Shown here piece after piece: positions 18,592-28,274 of a DNA stretch of 64,000 bases. Under the pieces are notes generated by a model. That model did no database searches and was not told the origin of the DNA. It saw nothing but the letters and a program-made list of their open reading frames with translations. The stretch's first letter is position 1. Each line of letters begins with the position of its first letter. Location: contig NZ_CP073760.1 of assembly GCF_018399035.1 (NCBI RefSeq), forward strand, positions 4,288,269 through 4,352,268, read 5' to 3'. Source of the stretch: Thiocapsa sp. Its GTDB lineage: Bacteria; Pseudomonadota; Gammaproteobacteria; Chromatiales; Chromatiaceae. The position numbers were made by a program, and so were the translations under genes.

Positions 18592-18706
18592 GTAGGATGG
18601 GTAGAGCGAAGCGAAACCCATCCAGCCCGCGCCAATGGCATCAGACCTCAACCCGGCAACGCGGCGGTTTGGAGGATGGGTTTCGCTGGCGCTCTACCCA
18701 TCCTAC
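18592..18706. repeat. GTAG-type REP doublet (REPIN-like), family C
   Basis: Structure GTAGGATGGGTAGAGCGAAGCGAAACCCATCC ... GGATGGGTTTCGCTGGCGCTCTACCCATCCTAC. An inverted full copy is at 58121-58236 and a single arm at 35178-35209. Confidence 0.85.
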
Positions 18707-18744
18707 CCGTTAGTGAAGGGGTTCGCCTTGTTTCGGAATCGTGG

Positions 18745-20406
18745 CTAAGCCTGCCGTCCCGCAGAGAAAAACAGCAGTGCGCCGAGCATGTAACAGCCTG
18801 CGACGAGCGCAACCCCGGTCGTCGCCGGCAACCAAGGGCCGGGTCCGAGCAGTAGGATGAGGGTGCCGCAGACGATGACGGTGGCGCCGGCGAGTGCGCG
18901 GACCGACTGGGATGTCGATGCGGCCCTGTCGTGGCCGGAGCTGCGACCGTGGTCGCCGAACGCCCCGGCCTCGGCTGCGCGCAGACGCTTGTCGTAGGTG
19001 CTGAGGATCCGGTAGGCCATCAAGGGGATCTCGGGGGTCTGATCTGCGACGGAGATGACGTTGCGCTTGGTCCGGTCGAGTAGGCCGACGACCCCGATCT
19101 GATCCTTCATCCAGCGTTCCATGTAGGGTTTCGCGGTCGTCCAGAGATCCAGCTCGGGGTAGAGCTGACGGCCGAGGCCCTCGATGTTGAGCAGGGTTTT
19201 CTCCAGCAGCACCAGCTGCGGCTGGATCTCCATATCGAAGCGCCGCGCGGTCTGGAACAGCCGAACCAGGAAGTGGCCGAAGGAGATTTCGGCCAGCGGT
19301 TTCTCGAAGATGGGCTCGCTGACGGTGCGGATGGCGGATTCGAATTCGTCGACCCGGGTGCCGGACGGGACCCAGCCCGATTCCACGTGCAGCTCGGCGA
19401 CGCGCCGATAGTCCCGCTCGAAGAAGGCGAGCAGGTTCTCGGCGAGATAGCGCTGATCCTCCGTGGTCAGCGTTCCGACGATGCCGAAGTCGATGGAGAT
19501 ATAGCGCCCGGACGGCTCGACGAAGATGTTGCCCGGGTGCATGTCGGCATGGAAGAAGTTGTCGCGGAAGACCTGGGTGAAGAAGATCTCGACCCCGCGC
19601 TCGCCGAGCTGTTTCATGCTCACGCCTTGGGCCTTCAGACGCGCGACATCGCTGACCGGGGTCCCGTAGATGCGCTCCATCACCATGACTCCGGGGCGGG
19701 TCCAGTCCCAGTAGACCTCCGGGATGTAGAGCATCTCGCTGTGAATCCAGTTGCGACGCAGCAGGGAGGCGTTGGCGGCCTCGCGTTGCAGATCCAGCTC
19801 GTCGTAGATGGTCTTTTCGTACTCGCGGACCACGTCGACCGGGCGCAGCCGACGCCCGTCCTTCCAGTAGCGCTCGGCGAGATGGGCGACGGTGTACATC
19901 AGCCCGAGATCGCCGCGGATGGTCCGCTCGATGCCGGGTCGCAGCACCTTGACCACGATCTCGGTCCCGTTCTTCAACCGTCCGGTGTGGACCTGCGCGA
20001 TGGAGGCGGAGGCGAGCGGGATGGGGTTGAATTCGTCGAGCACCTCGTCGACCGAGCAGCCCCACGCCTTCTCGATGATGGCGCGCGCCTCGGCACCGTC
20101 GAACGGCGGTACCCGATCCTGCAGCTTGGCCAGCTCGACGGCCAGGTCGTCGGGCAGCAGATCGCGTCGGGTCGAGAGGATTTGCCCGAATTTGACGAAG
20201 ATGGGCCCCAGGTCTTCCAACGCGAGGCGCATGCGCACCGGGTAGGAGGTCGGCAGGTTGCGTCTGTACCAATGCCAGGGCGAGATGTAGGTGATCCAAC
20301 GCAGCGGCCGAAACAGGTGGGTCTCGAGGATGACCTCGTCGAGTCCGTGGCGCAGGAGGATCCGATTGATGCGGAAGAGCCGCAGGGCCTCGCGGGGTCC
20401 GATCAT
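18745..20406 (-). CDS. ubiB: Ubiquinone biosynthesis regulatory protein kinase UbiB
   Basis: Frame of ORF 18745..20688, with ATG at 20406 ([24 protein letters not shown]...[20 protein letters not shown]). The start overlaps the ubiJ stop (ATGA). Confidence 0.9.
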   Translation of the reverse strand: MIGPREALRLFRINRILLRHGLDEVILETHLFRPLRWITYISPWHWYRRNLPTSYPVRMRLALEDLGPIFVKFGQILSTRRDLLPDDLAVELAKLQDRVPPFDGAEARAIIEKAWGCSVDEVLDEFNPIPLASASIAQVHTGRLKNGTEIVVKVLRPGIERTIRGDLGLMYTVAHLAERYWKDGRRLRPVDVVREYEKTIYDELDLQREAANASLLRRNWIHSEMLYIPEVYWDWTRPGVMVMERIYGTPVSDVARLKAQGVSMKQLGERGVEIFFTQVFRDNFFHADMHPGNIFVEPSGRYISIDFGIVGTLTTEDQRYLAENLLAFFERDYRRVAELHVESGWVPSGTRVDEFESAIRTVSEPIFEKPLAEISFGHFLVRLFQTARRFDMEIQPQLVLLEKTLLNIEGLGRQLYPELDLWTTAKPYMERWMKDQIGVVGLLDRTKRNVISVADQTPEIPLMAYRILSTYDKRLRAAEAGAFGDHGRSSGHDRAASTSQSVRALAGATVIVCGTLILLLGPGPWLPATTGVALVAGCYMLGALLFFSAGRQA

Positions 20407-21053
20407 GACGACGTGCCGGGCCCCGCATGGGTTCGAGCGAGGCGCTCGAGGCGTTCGATACGTGCCTCGGCGCGCTCGACGTCGTCGCGCAGGATGTCGA
20501 CCTGTGCCAGGAACGCCTCGACCTCGTAGCGTGTCGGGGTCAGGCGGGCCTCTTCCTGAAGGTATTCCTGAAGATTCGCGGTCAGGGATTCGGAGCTCTT
20601 GCGTGCCCACTGCGCTGCCGCACGCGCCTGATTGCCGACCTGGTGGGCGAAGGGATCGCCGATGATGCGCGCGAGCTGCTCCTCCCAATCCACGTCGAGG
20701 CCGGCGATCGCACGGTTGAAGGCTTGTGCCAGTAACGTATCGCCGAGGATCTCGACCTCGCCCTGGATGATCTGGGTCTCCTTGCGCTCGGCCATGCCCA
20801 TGCGGGCGAGTGCAAGCGGGGTACCGCGGATCAGGCAGTCGGGCTCGGCGTCATAGCCGCCGAAGAGCTGGAGGCGCCGGTCGCTCGGGATGATGGTCAC
20901 ACGCGTGCCGAACCCCTTGAGCTCGATGCCGATGATTCGCCCCTCGAGTGCAGCGAATGCGGCCGAGCCCTCCGGGTCCAGCGCCATGTAGCGGTTCAGT
21001 GCCTGCTCGACGACGGCCAGTACCGCGTCCGGGATCTGGATGCCTTCGGTCAC
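20403..21053 (-). CDS. ubiJ: Ubiquinone biosynthesis accessory factor UbiJ (SCP2 domain)
   Basis: C-terminal part of ORF 20403..21872. GTG at 21053 overlaps the ubiE stop (GTGA). Sits between ubiE and ubiB as in other gammaproteobacteria. Sequence: ...[28 protein letters not shown]... Confidence 0.75.
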   Translation of the reverse strand: MTEGIQIPDAVLAVVEQALNRYMALDPEGSAAFAALEGRIIGIELKGFGTRVTIIPSDRRLQLFGGYDAEPDCLIRGTPLALARMGMAERKETQIIQGEVEILGDTLLAQAFNRAIAGLDVDWEEQLARIIGDPFAHQVGNQARAAAQWARKSSESLTANLQEYLQEEARLTPTRYEVEAFLAQVDILRDDVERAEARIERLERLARTHAGPGTSS

Positions 21054-21799
21054 AGTGTGTAACCTCGGTGGATCGCGACGATACCGCCGCTGTGGTTGAA
21101 GTAGTCGCACCGCTCGAACCCGGCCGCTTCCATCATGGCGCGCAAGGTTTCTTGGTCCGGGTGCATGCGGATGGATTCGGCCAGATAGCGATAGCTCTCG
21201 GGGTCGTTCACGACCAAGCGTCCGAGCGTGGGAAGGACCGAGAAGGAGTAGAGGTCGTACGCCTTGCTCAAGGGGCGGCTGACCGGGTGCGAGAACTCCA
21301 GGATCAGTGCCCGTCCGCCGGGCCGCAGCACCCGCTGCATCTCGATGAGTGCAGCCTGCTTGTCGGTGACGTTGCGCAGACCGAAACCGATGGTGACGCA
21401 GTCGAAGTAATCCGACGGGAACGGCAGCTTCTCGGCATTGATCAGGGCGTAGTGCAGGTTGCCGACGCGTCCGCGGTCGAGCATGCGCTCGCGCCCCGCG
21501 GTGAGCATGGAGGCATTGATGTCGGACATGACCACCAGCCCCTGCGCGCCGACGATGCCGGAGAAGCGCTCGGCGAGATCGCCGGTTCCCGAGGCGAGAT
21601 CCAGCACACGCTGACCGCGGCGCACGCCCGACAGCTCGATGGTGTGACGCTTCCAGAGCCGATGGATGCCCAAGGACATGAGGTCGTTCATGAGGTCGTA
21701 GCGGGAGGCGACCGAGTCGAACACCGCGCGCACGCGTGACGCCTTCTCCTCGACCGGAACCTGCTGATAACCGAAATGTGTCGTCTTGTCGTCGGACAT
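21050..21799 (-). CDS. ubiE: Demethylmenaquinone/ubiquinone C-methyltransferase UbiE
   Basis: ATG at 21799 ([42 protein letters not shown]...[11 protein letters not shown]). Confidence 0.92.
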   Translation of the reverse strand: MSDDKTTHFGYQQVPVEEKASRVRAVFDSVASRYDLMNDLMSLGIHRLWKRHTIELSGVRRGQRVLDLASGTGDLAERFSGIVGAQGLVVMSDINASMLTAGRERMLDRGRVGNLHYALINAEKLPFPSDYFDCVTIGFGLRNVTDKQAALIEMQRVLRPGGRALILEFSHPVSRPLSKAYDLYSFSVLPTLGRLVVNDPESYRYLAESIRMHPDQETLRAMMEAAGFERCDYFNHSGGIVAIHRGYTL

Positions 21800-22035
21800 G
21801 CTGTGTCTCTGCTGAACCGCGCTTGATTGAATCTGCACCGCTTCGGGGTTTGCTTGGCCTTGACGCGAACAAGGGCCGTCGGCGGCGCGGTTCAGATCGT
21901 TGATGGTGTCGAAGCTCGTGGCCGATGTGCGGCGACGCCCCTGTGATCCGGGTCGGTCGACGCGAGCATCGGGCGTGCGTCGTGCCGAGCGGGCGTCAGT
22001 TTACAACATCGGCTCTACAAGATCGGCGTCGCGGA

Positions 22036-22398
22036 TCAGGAGGCAAGGACCTTTCGTTTCTGTCCGGCCTTTTCCAGCTCGTCGAGATACGCCTTCCAAC
22101 GGGGCTCCTGCTCGACCCCGAGGGTGTAGAGGTACTCCCAGGAGTAGATGCCGGTGTTGTGCTCGTCGTCGAAGTGCAGACAGATGGCGTAGTTGCCGAC
22201 GGGCTCGATCTTGTCGACCCCGACATCCTCCTTGCCGAGCTGCAGGACGCGCTGCCCCGGGCCGTGGCCTTGGACCTCGGCCGAGGGGGAGTAGACGCGC
22301 AGGTACTCGCACGGCAGGTTGAAGTGCGAGCCGTCGTCGAAGGTGATCTCGAGGATCCGCGATTGTTGGTGCAGGTTCAGCTCGGTCGGTGTCGGCAT
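22036..22398 (-). CDS. DUF971 (gamma-butyrobetaine hydroxylase-like N-terminal domain) protein
   Basis: 120-aa ORF. Sequence: ...LEITFDDGSHFNLPCEYLRVYSPSAEV...PVGNYAICLHFDDEHNTGIYSWEYL. Confidence 0.7.
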   Translation of the reverse strand: MPTPTELNLHQQSRILEITFDDGSHFNLPCEYLRVYSPSAEVQGHGPGQRVLQLGKEDVGVDKIEPVGNYAICLHFDDEHNTGIYSWEYLYTLGVEQEPRWKAYLDELEKAGQKRKVLAS

Positions 22399-22506
22399 GG
22401 GGTTCTCCGGCGTCCGCGAATCTGCCGCGGACGTTTTTCAATGGGGTTGATCGGATCAAGGAAGCGATTGCCGTGAACCGCCGCTGCTCCGGCTGCGGTC
22501 GACTTA

Positions 22507-22745
22507 GGCGATTTCCGCAAAATTCCATCCCTGTAGGTTGTGCTGACGTTAGGAAGCACAACTTGCGCCGACGGTTGGGCGATTTCCGGGAATGATCATC
22601 CCGGCCGTGCGTGTTGCCAATGCTTACCGGGCGACTAAAGTCGCCCCTACATGTTGGTCGATGCTTTCCCGGAAATCACCTTGGTTGTGCCTCGCACGGC
22701 TCGGCACAACCTACGCCCTTGGTGTTAAGGCTTCCGGAATTCGCC
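22507..22745. mobile_element. MITE family A copy interrupted by a family B MITE
   Basis: Ends are GGCGATTTCCGCAAA... and ...CTTCCGGAATTCGCC, with TTA on the left flank. The body matches 15755-15888 in inverse orientation apart from the 103-bp insert. Confidence 0.75.
22578..22680. mobile_element. 103-bp MITE family B nested in family A, with a 3-bp TTG target duplication
   Basis: TIRs GGCGATTTCCGGG / CCCGGAAATCACC. TTG at 22575-77 and at 22681-83, whereas uninterrupted A copies carry a single TTG there. Second copy at 35228-35330. Confidence 0.8.
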
Positions 22746-22748
22746 GTA

Positions 22749-22815
22749 AACCAAGCCCGGTGCGGTATGCGTACAAAGACACTCGACACCAGCACAGACC
22801 GCTCCGGACGCGGTT
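22749..22815. mobile_element. Shorter TA-flanked AACCGCG-type MITE with a degenerate left TIR
   Basis: Structure TA|AACCAAGCCCGGTGCGGTATGCG...GGACGCGGTT|TA. The right end abuts and overlaps the hslU stop codon. Confidence 0.6.
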
Positions 22816-24146
22816 TACAGGATATAGCGCGACAGGTCCTCGTCGGCCGCGAGCCCCGCCAGGTTCTGATCGACATAGGCGGCGTTGATGGTCACGGTCA
22901 CGCGGTCCAAGTCCGTGGCGTTGTACGAGACGTCTTCGAGCAGCCGTTCCAAGACGGTGTGAAGACGACGCGCCCCGATGTTCTCGGTCCGCTCGTTGAC
23001 CTGCCAGGCAATCTCGGCGAGTCGCCGGATGCCGTCTTCGGTGAACTCCAGGCCGACGCCTTCGGTGGCGAGCAGGGCGCGGTACTGATCCGTCAGAGAG
23101 GCGTCCGGCTCGGTCAGAATCCGCACGAAATCCTCCGTGGTCAGGGCCTTGAGCTCGACGCGAATCGGCAGACGGCCCTGCAGCTCCGGGATCAGATCCG
23201 ACGGCTTGGAGAGATGGAAGGCCCCGGAGGCGATGAAGAGGATGTGATCCGTGCGCACCGAGCCGTGCTTGGTCGACACGGTGCTGCCCTCCACCAGCGG
23301 CAAGAGATCGCGTTGCACGCCCTCGCGCGAGACATCGGCGCCCGCCATGCCTTCGCCGCGCTTGGTGACCTTGTCGATCTCGTCGAGAAAGACGATGCCG
23401 TTCTGCTCGACGTTCTCGATGGCGCGTAGCTTCAGCTCCTCGTCGTTGACGCGCTTGGCGGCCTCCTCGTCCTTGAGCAGCTGTCGGGCGTCGCGGATGT
23501 GCAGCTTGCGACGCTTCATGCGACCCTGACCGAGGTTCTGAAAGAGCCCCTGGAGCTGATTGGTCATCTCCTCCATGCCGGGCGGGGCCATGATCTCCAC
23601 CCCCATCGGCGAGGCGGAGACCTGGACCTCGATCTCGCGCTCGTCGAGCTCCCCGGCGCGCAGGCGATCGCGAAATTTTTCGCGGGTCGTCGAGCTGGTG
23701 GTCGAACGACTTTCTTCCTCGAAATTCGACGGTGGCGGGAGGAGTGCATCGAGGATGCGCTCCTCCGCGGCCGCCTCGGCCTGTCCCGCGAGCTTCGCCA
23801 TCTCCTGCTCGCGCGCGAGCTTGATCCCGATGTCGGCCAGATCTCGAATGATGGACTCGACATCGCGCCCCACGTAGCCGACCTCGGTGAACTTGGTTGC
23901 CTCCACCTTCAAAAACGGCGCGTTGGCCAAGCGGGCCAGGCGCCGGGCGATCTCGGTTTTGCCCACGCCGGTCGGACCGATCATCAGGATGTTCTTGGGC
24001 GTGATCTCCGAGCGCATCGGCTCCGGGATCTGAGAGCGACGCCACCGGTTGCGCAAGGCGATGGCGACGGCGCGCTTCGCCTCGTCCTGACCGACGATGT
24101 GCTTGTCGAGCTCCGAAACGATGCGTTGTGGGGTGATTTCCGACAT
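22815..24146 (-). CDS. hslU: ATP-dependent protease ATPase subunit HslU
   Basis: 443-aa ORF. Motifs: [37 protein letters not shown] and [15 protein letters not shown]. Confidence 0.95.
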   Translation of the reverse strand: MSEITPQRIVSELDKHIVGQDEAKRAVAIALRNRWRRSQIPEPMRSEITPKNILMIGPTGVGKTEIARRLARLANAPFLKVEATKFTEVGYVGRDVESIIRDLADIGIKLAREQEMAKLAGQAEAAAEERILDALLPPPSNFEEESRSTTSSTTREKFRDRLRAGELDEREIEVQVSASPMGVEIMAPPGMEEMTNQLQGLFQNLGQGRMKRRKLHIRDARQLLKDEEAAKRVNDEELKLRAIENVEQNGIVFLDEIDKVTKRGEGMAGADVSREGVQRDLLPLVEGSTVSTKHGSVRTDHILFIASGAFHLSKPSDLIPELQGRLPIRVELKALTTEDFVRILTEPDASLTDQYRALLATEGVGLEFTEDGIRRLAEIAWQVNERTENIGARRLHTVLERLLEDVSYNATDLDRVTVTINAAYVDQNLAGLAADEDLSRYIL

Positions 24147-24336
24147 CTGGATCTATCCGTCGAGAGGGTCGCCCGATCGAGCGACCGATTTGGATGGAGG
24201 CTTGACCTCACGAGGCGTCGTTGCTGACCTTCGCCTGGTCATGGGAGGAGTCGGCGGCGCGGTCCGAAGGCCGTCCTTGAGACATAACGATACCGGTCTC
24301 CGGCAAGAGGCTCGGCCATGGCGCGACAAACAGGCG

Positions 24337-24882
24337 TCACCGTTCCGTGTCGAGCTCTTCGAGCACCAGATTGTGATTAGTATAAATGCAAATGTCCGCG
24401 GCGATGTTCAAGCCCTTCTCGACGATCTCGCGGGCGCCGAGCTCGGTGTTCTCGAGCAGCGCGCGGGCCGCGGCCTGCGCGAAGGATCCGCCTGACCCGA
24501 TCGCCATGAGGTCGTTCTCGGGCTCGATCACGTCGCCGGTGCCCGAGATGATGAGCGAGGTCTGCGCGTCGGCGATGCAGAGCAATGCCTCGAGGCGACG
24601 CAGCATGCGGTCGGTACGCCAGTCCTTCGCCAGCTCGACGGCGGATCGGGTCAGATGGCCCTGGTGTTTCTCGAGCTTGCCCTCGAAGCGCTCGAAGAGC
24701 GTGAAGGCGTCTGCCGTGGCCCCGGCGAACCCGGCGATCACCTGCCCTTTGAAGAGGCGGCGGACCTTACGCGCGTTGCCCTTCATGACCGTCTGCCCGA
24801 GCGAGACCTGCCCGTCGCCGCCGATCACGACCTTGCCGCCGCGCCGAACCGAGAGAATCGTCGTACCGCGAAAACTTTCCAT
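24337..24882 (-). CDS. hslV: ATP-dependent protease subunit HslV
   Basis: ATG at 24882 ([43 protein letters not shown]...). Six residues precede the conserved TT catalytic N-terminus. Confidence 0.9.
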   Translation of the reverse strand: MESFRGTTILSVRRGGKVVIGGDGQVSLGQTVMKGNARKVRRLFKGQVIAGFAGATADAFTLFERFEGKLEKHQGHLTRSAVELAKDWRTDRMLRRLEALLCIADAQTSLIISGTGDVIEPENDLMAIGSGGSFAQAAARALLENTELGAREIVEKGLNIAADICIYTNHNLVLEELDTER

Positions 24883-24993
24883 CGTCGTGCTTCGCTGTTG
24901 TTCCGATGTCGCTATTCTACGGCATCGGCGCACGAAACGATGCGCTTTGAGGCGGCGTGGTCTTGCTTCGTCACCCCGGCCACCGAAACATCA

Positions 24994-25080
24994 GTCGCTC
25001 GTGATACCCGCTCCGCGGTGTCACGCATGCCCAGTGGCGCTCTGCGCCACGTGCCACGATGGCCGGAGTTACGAGCAAGG
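24994..25080. repeat. Palindrome-rich repeat, family E (copy 1)
   Basis: Contains GTGA(T/C)ACCCGCTC.GCGGTGTCAC and GTGGCGCTCTGCGCCAC hairpins, then CACGATGGCCGGAGTTACGAGCAAGG. Other copies at ~45330-45410 (inverted, diverged) and 58991-59078. Confidence 0.75.
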
Positions 25081-25350
25081 TCGGCGGCGTTGCGGCATCC
25101 CGGGCCGACCGGCGGCCTTGCGCGCACGGCCGCCCCCGATCACCGAAACGGCCAAATCGCAGCCGTCGGGACAAGCGACAGCGCAGTCCACCAACACCGG
25201 CACCTGGCTTGGTGGACTGCGATCCGCTTGCCCCCTTCCGCCGGGCTTACTGGCGACGGCTCGGTGTTGGCTTGTCACGATTTGGCATTTCCGGCATCCT
25301 CTTTAAGGGAATTTTTGATCTCTCTTCATTTCATTTGCGACGGATTTATC

Positions 25351-28050
25351 ATGCGAGTGTTGATCGTGACGCATGCCGCTTCTTTTCAGACCGATCGAAT
25401 CGTGTCGGGAAACGCGGTTCGAGCGCACTATTTCGGTAAAGGGCTTGTCCAGAACGGTATTGACGTCACCTTCGCGTATCCCACGGATTTGGCTTCGGAT
25501 GAAAAACTGAATGAGGTAGGCGCCGGTTCGAGCGATCTTCGCTTCTTCGGGAGTCGATCCGAGCTCCATGAGCTGATCGGCGATGTCAAGCCGCAAGCCA
25601 TCCTGGTCGGCTATTGGGAGTTCTTGGAGCATTTCCCCGACGATTACGAGATCCCGCTGATCGCGGACATCATCGCGCCACGTATCCTCGAGGCGATTTT
25701 TCAGGACCACCAAGACGTCAATCTGCACGCGAGCAAGATGATTGCCTTGTATCGCAAAGCCAGTCGCTTTATCTGCGGCACTCAACGGCAGCGTCAGTTT
25801 CTGATTCCCTGGCTGATTCTTGCGGGATTCGATTGTCGTTTCGGGGCGCCCATCGACATCATCCCGATCTCGACGGAGCCACTGTTCTCGCGCCGTCGCG
25901 CTCATTTGTTGGATCCATGGGTCATCGTGACGGGCGGCGTGTCCTGGCCTTGGCGCATGGGTGAGCGCTATACGGATGCAATACGCGCGACCCTAGCCGA
26001 CGGCAAGGCGATGAAGGGGCGCTTGCTTCTGCTTTCTGGCGGCTATATTCACGAAAGGCCGGCCGACTCTGATAGCGCAACGTCCGCAGATGCCGACGCA
26101 CAATACGACGCGACGGTTCAACATATCGGTCTATTGCCGTACGGGGACATGGAGCGGCTGTTCAGCGAGCAGTGCGATATCGGTATCGAGCTCTCCGACT
26201 ACAATATCGAACGGGATTTCAGCGCATCCTTCCGCTCCATCGAGTTTCTGCGGTGCGGGCTGCCCGTGATCTGCAACCACACGCTCGAGTTGGCCCGGCA
26301 GGTCAACGACTATGATGCGGGGTGGGTCATCGAGAGACCGGAGGACTTGCCCGCGCTGCTCGCAGCGATTGCGGGCGATCTGCCGGGTTACGATCGGAAA
26401 TCCGCCAATGCCATTCGATTGGTCGAAGAGCGCTATCATTATCTCAAGACGATTGTTCCTTTGGTGGAGTACCTTCGGGACCCGAAGGCGCCGGAAAAGA
26501 CCGATGATTGGTTCTTTCGTGGATCCGAGAAACTGGCGTTGGATCTCTATCATCAGGTCAGCGAGCTGGATCATCAACTGCGCATCCGCGACAAGCAAAT
26601 CACCGATTTGCGCCGGGATGGTGAGCGTCTGAAGGCAGAATTGGATGACGTCCTCGGGGGCGCAAGCTGGCGGCTCATTCAGCCCGTCAGAGACGTCGCC
26701 CGGAGACTGGTGACCTTCAAAAGTTTGCTCCTCCGTGCCGTGGCGAGCGTCTATCGGCGAGGGTGGAAGCACCCCGGACCGCGCGAGGAGTTCGCCTTGG
26801 AGTCGGGTCGATACACCCCGCGGGCGGCGGACTCTTCGCGGGATAAGTGGATTGATCGCAAGGGTCGCTATGTCGCGATCGTGAGTCGGGAGGATGTCTT
26901 TCCGACGAATCACGGCGCGGCGGTGAAGATCGAGCGAACGGCTTGGGGCCTGTCGCACCTCGTCGACGGTGTCTTTCTGATTACGGGTGACTGGGGGCGC
27001 TATTACGAATTCAAGAACGGAAGCGCAACGGAGAGGTATTTTCCGTTGCCGATCAGGCTCTCCGGGGTTTCCGGGATGGTGTTCAGAAAAAGGCTGCTGC
27101 GAACGGGCATTCCGATCAACGAGGCCTATATCTACCAAGCGCTGTTTGATTGGGGCTATTTCGTTCGTCTCATGTATCTCGCCTTGCGCTATCGCATCGT
27201 CCTGTACCAGGCAGAATTTCCGGCGTACGCGCAGGCATGTGTCCGGGCGAAGCGTCTTCTGCGCGGAAAGACCCTGTTGGTCGAGCACAACGTGGAGTGC
27301 GATCGGATCAAGGCCCAGTATCCGGAAGTGTCGCAGCAGATCTACGCATGGCTGCGGGATCAGGAGGTCGGACTCTGCAATCAGGTCGACAAGGTCATCG
27401 CGGTATCTCAGCCGGATCGGGATTTGCTCGTCGGTCACGGCGTGGATCCGGACAAGGTGCATGTGATCCCGCACGGTGTCGATCTGGGTGCGTTCGAGAA
27501 GACCTATGCGTTCAGCTTGCGCGATGCCTATGGTGTGCCTGCGGATACGCGCATCATCCTGTATCACGGAATTTACAGCTACGCGCCGAATCTCGAATCC
27601 ATCCGATTGCTTGCGAAAGAGATCCTGCCGCGATTGAGGCTCCGAGGCTGGAAGGCAAAGGTGTTTGCCATCGGGCCCGAGGCGCCCCTCGACGCAATCG
27701 ATCCGGATGTCGTCTTTACCGGTTCGGTCGATCAGCTTGCGCCTTATCTCAAGAGCGGGGACTTGGCGGTGGTTCCGCTGCAGCAAGGCGGCGGAACGCG
27801 GATGAAGATCTTGGAGTATTTCGCGGCCTCGATACCGGTCGTGACCACCTCGAAAGGGGTCGAGGGGATCCCTGCCGAGAACGGCTCGCAGGTCCTTATC
27901 GAAGATACCTTCGACGGCATGGCGAATGCGATTATTCGATTGTTCGAGCACCCTGAGGAAGGAATGGCGATGGCCGAGCGGGCGAAGGATATCGTCGAGC
28001 GTTCGGATTGGAAATCGATTGCCGATCAGTATCTGAGTTTGCTGAAATGA
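25351..28050 (+). CDS. Two-module GT-B (GT4-like) glycosyltransferase with a central coiled-coil linker
   Basis: ATG at 25351 (MRVLIVTHAASFQ...) within ORF 24655..28050. Central segment: LDLYHQVSELDHQLRIRDKQITDLRRDGERLKAELDDVLGGASWRLIQPVRD. C-terminal motif: GGGTRMKILEYFAASIPVVTT (EX7E). Confidence 0.8.
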   Translation: MRVLIVTHAASFQTDRIVSGNAVRAHYFGKGLVQNGIDVTFAYPTDLASDEKLNEVGAGSSDLRFFGSRSELHELIGDVKPQAILVGYWEFLEHFPDDYEIPLIADIIAPRILEAIFQDHQDVNLHASKMIALYRKASRFICGTQRQRQFLIPWLILAGFDCRFGAPIDIIPISTEPLFSRRRAHLLDPWVIVTGGVSWPWRMGERYTDAIRATLADGKAMKGRLLLLSGGYIHERPADSDSATSADADAQYDATVQHIGLLPYGDMERLFSEQCDIGIELSDYNIERDFSASFRSIEFLRCGLPVICNHTLELARQVNDYDAGWVIERPEDLPALLAAIAGDLPGYDRKSANAIRLVEERYHYLKTIVPLVEYLRDPKAPEKTDDWFFRGSEKLALDLYHQVSELDHQLRIRDKQITDLRRDGERLKAELDDVLGGASWRLIQPVRDVARRLVTFKSLLLRAVASVYRRGWKHPGPREEFALESGRYTPRAADSSRDKWIDRKGRYVAIVSREDVFPTNHGAAVKIERTAWGLSHLVDGVFLITGDWGRYYEFKNGSATERYFPLPIRLSGVSGMVFRKRLLRTGIPINEAYIYQALFDWGYFVRLMYLALRYRIVLYQAEFPAYAQACVRAKRLLRGKTLLVEHNVECDRIKAQYPEVSQQIYAWLRDQEVGLCNQVDKVIAVSQPDRDLLVGHGVDPDKVHVIPHGVDLGAFEKTYAFSLRDAYGVPADTRIILYHGIYSYAPNLESIRLLAKEILPRLRLRGWKAKVFAIGPEAPLDAIDPDVVFTGSVDQLAPYLKSGDLAVVPLQQGGGTRMKILEYFAASIPVVTTSKGVEGIPAENGSQVLIEDTFDGMANAIIRLFEHPEEGMAMAERAKDIVERSDWKSIADQYLSLLK

Positions 28051-28274
28051 TGTTCTGCAGTGCCCGAAAAGCGGTATTACTCATAGGTCCGTTGAGCCGC
28101 CGATCGGAGTGGTCGGGTGGACAAGCGCTACGCAGTTCACCCGCGCGTACGGAGCTCTCCGGGCGGGCCTGATGAATAAGGCCCGCATTTTGTGTCCCGG
28201 CGTTCCGCCTCGGTCTTGCGTGTTGTCCGAAGCGATGGTCCACGCCCGGTTCAGCCGAAATAAAGAAGTCGCTC

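Noticed and set aside
18710-20529. Long ORFs 18710..20428 (-, 572 aa) and 19273..20529 (+, 418 aa) overlapping ubiB.
   Set aside because: They are Arg/Pro/Gly-rich shadow frames typical of high-GC DNA. The ubiB frame carries the recognisable kinase-like motifs.
20407-20688. N-terminal extensions of track ORFs, such as ubiB to 20688, ubiE to 21838, leuS from 46189, tpx to 33151, gcvT frame to 36725 and the GT from 24655.
   Set aside because: The extensions are Arg-rich, overlap upstream genes or repeats, and conserved N-termini begin at internal ATGs. The coordinates were trimmed accordingly.
22711-24045. 444-aa minus-strand ORF overlapping hslU in another frame.
   Set aside because: Low-complexity RG-rich translation. 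The hslU frame is unambiguous.
26131-27951. 606-aa minus-strand ORF antisense to the double-GT4 gene.
   Set aside because: No motifs. It is antisense to a frame with clear GT-B signatures, so it is a high-GC shadow ORF.
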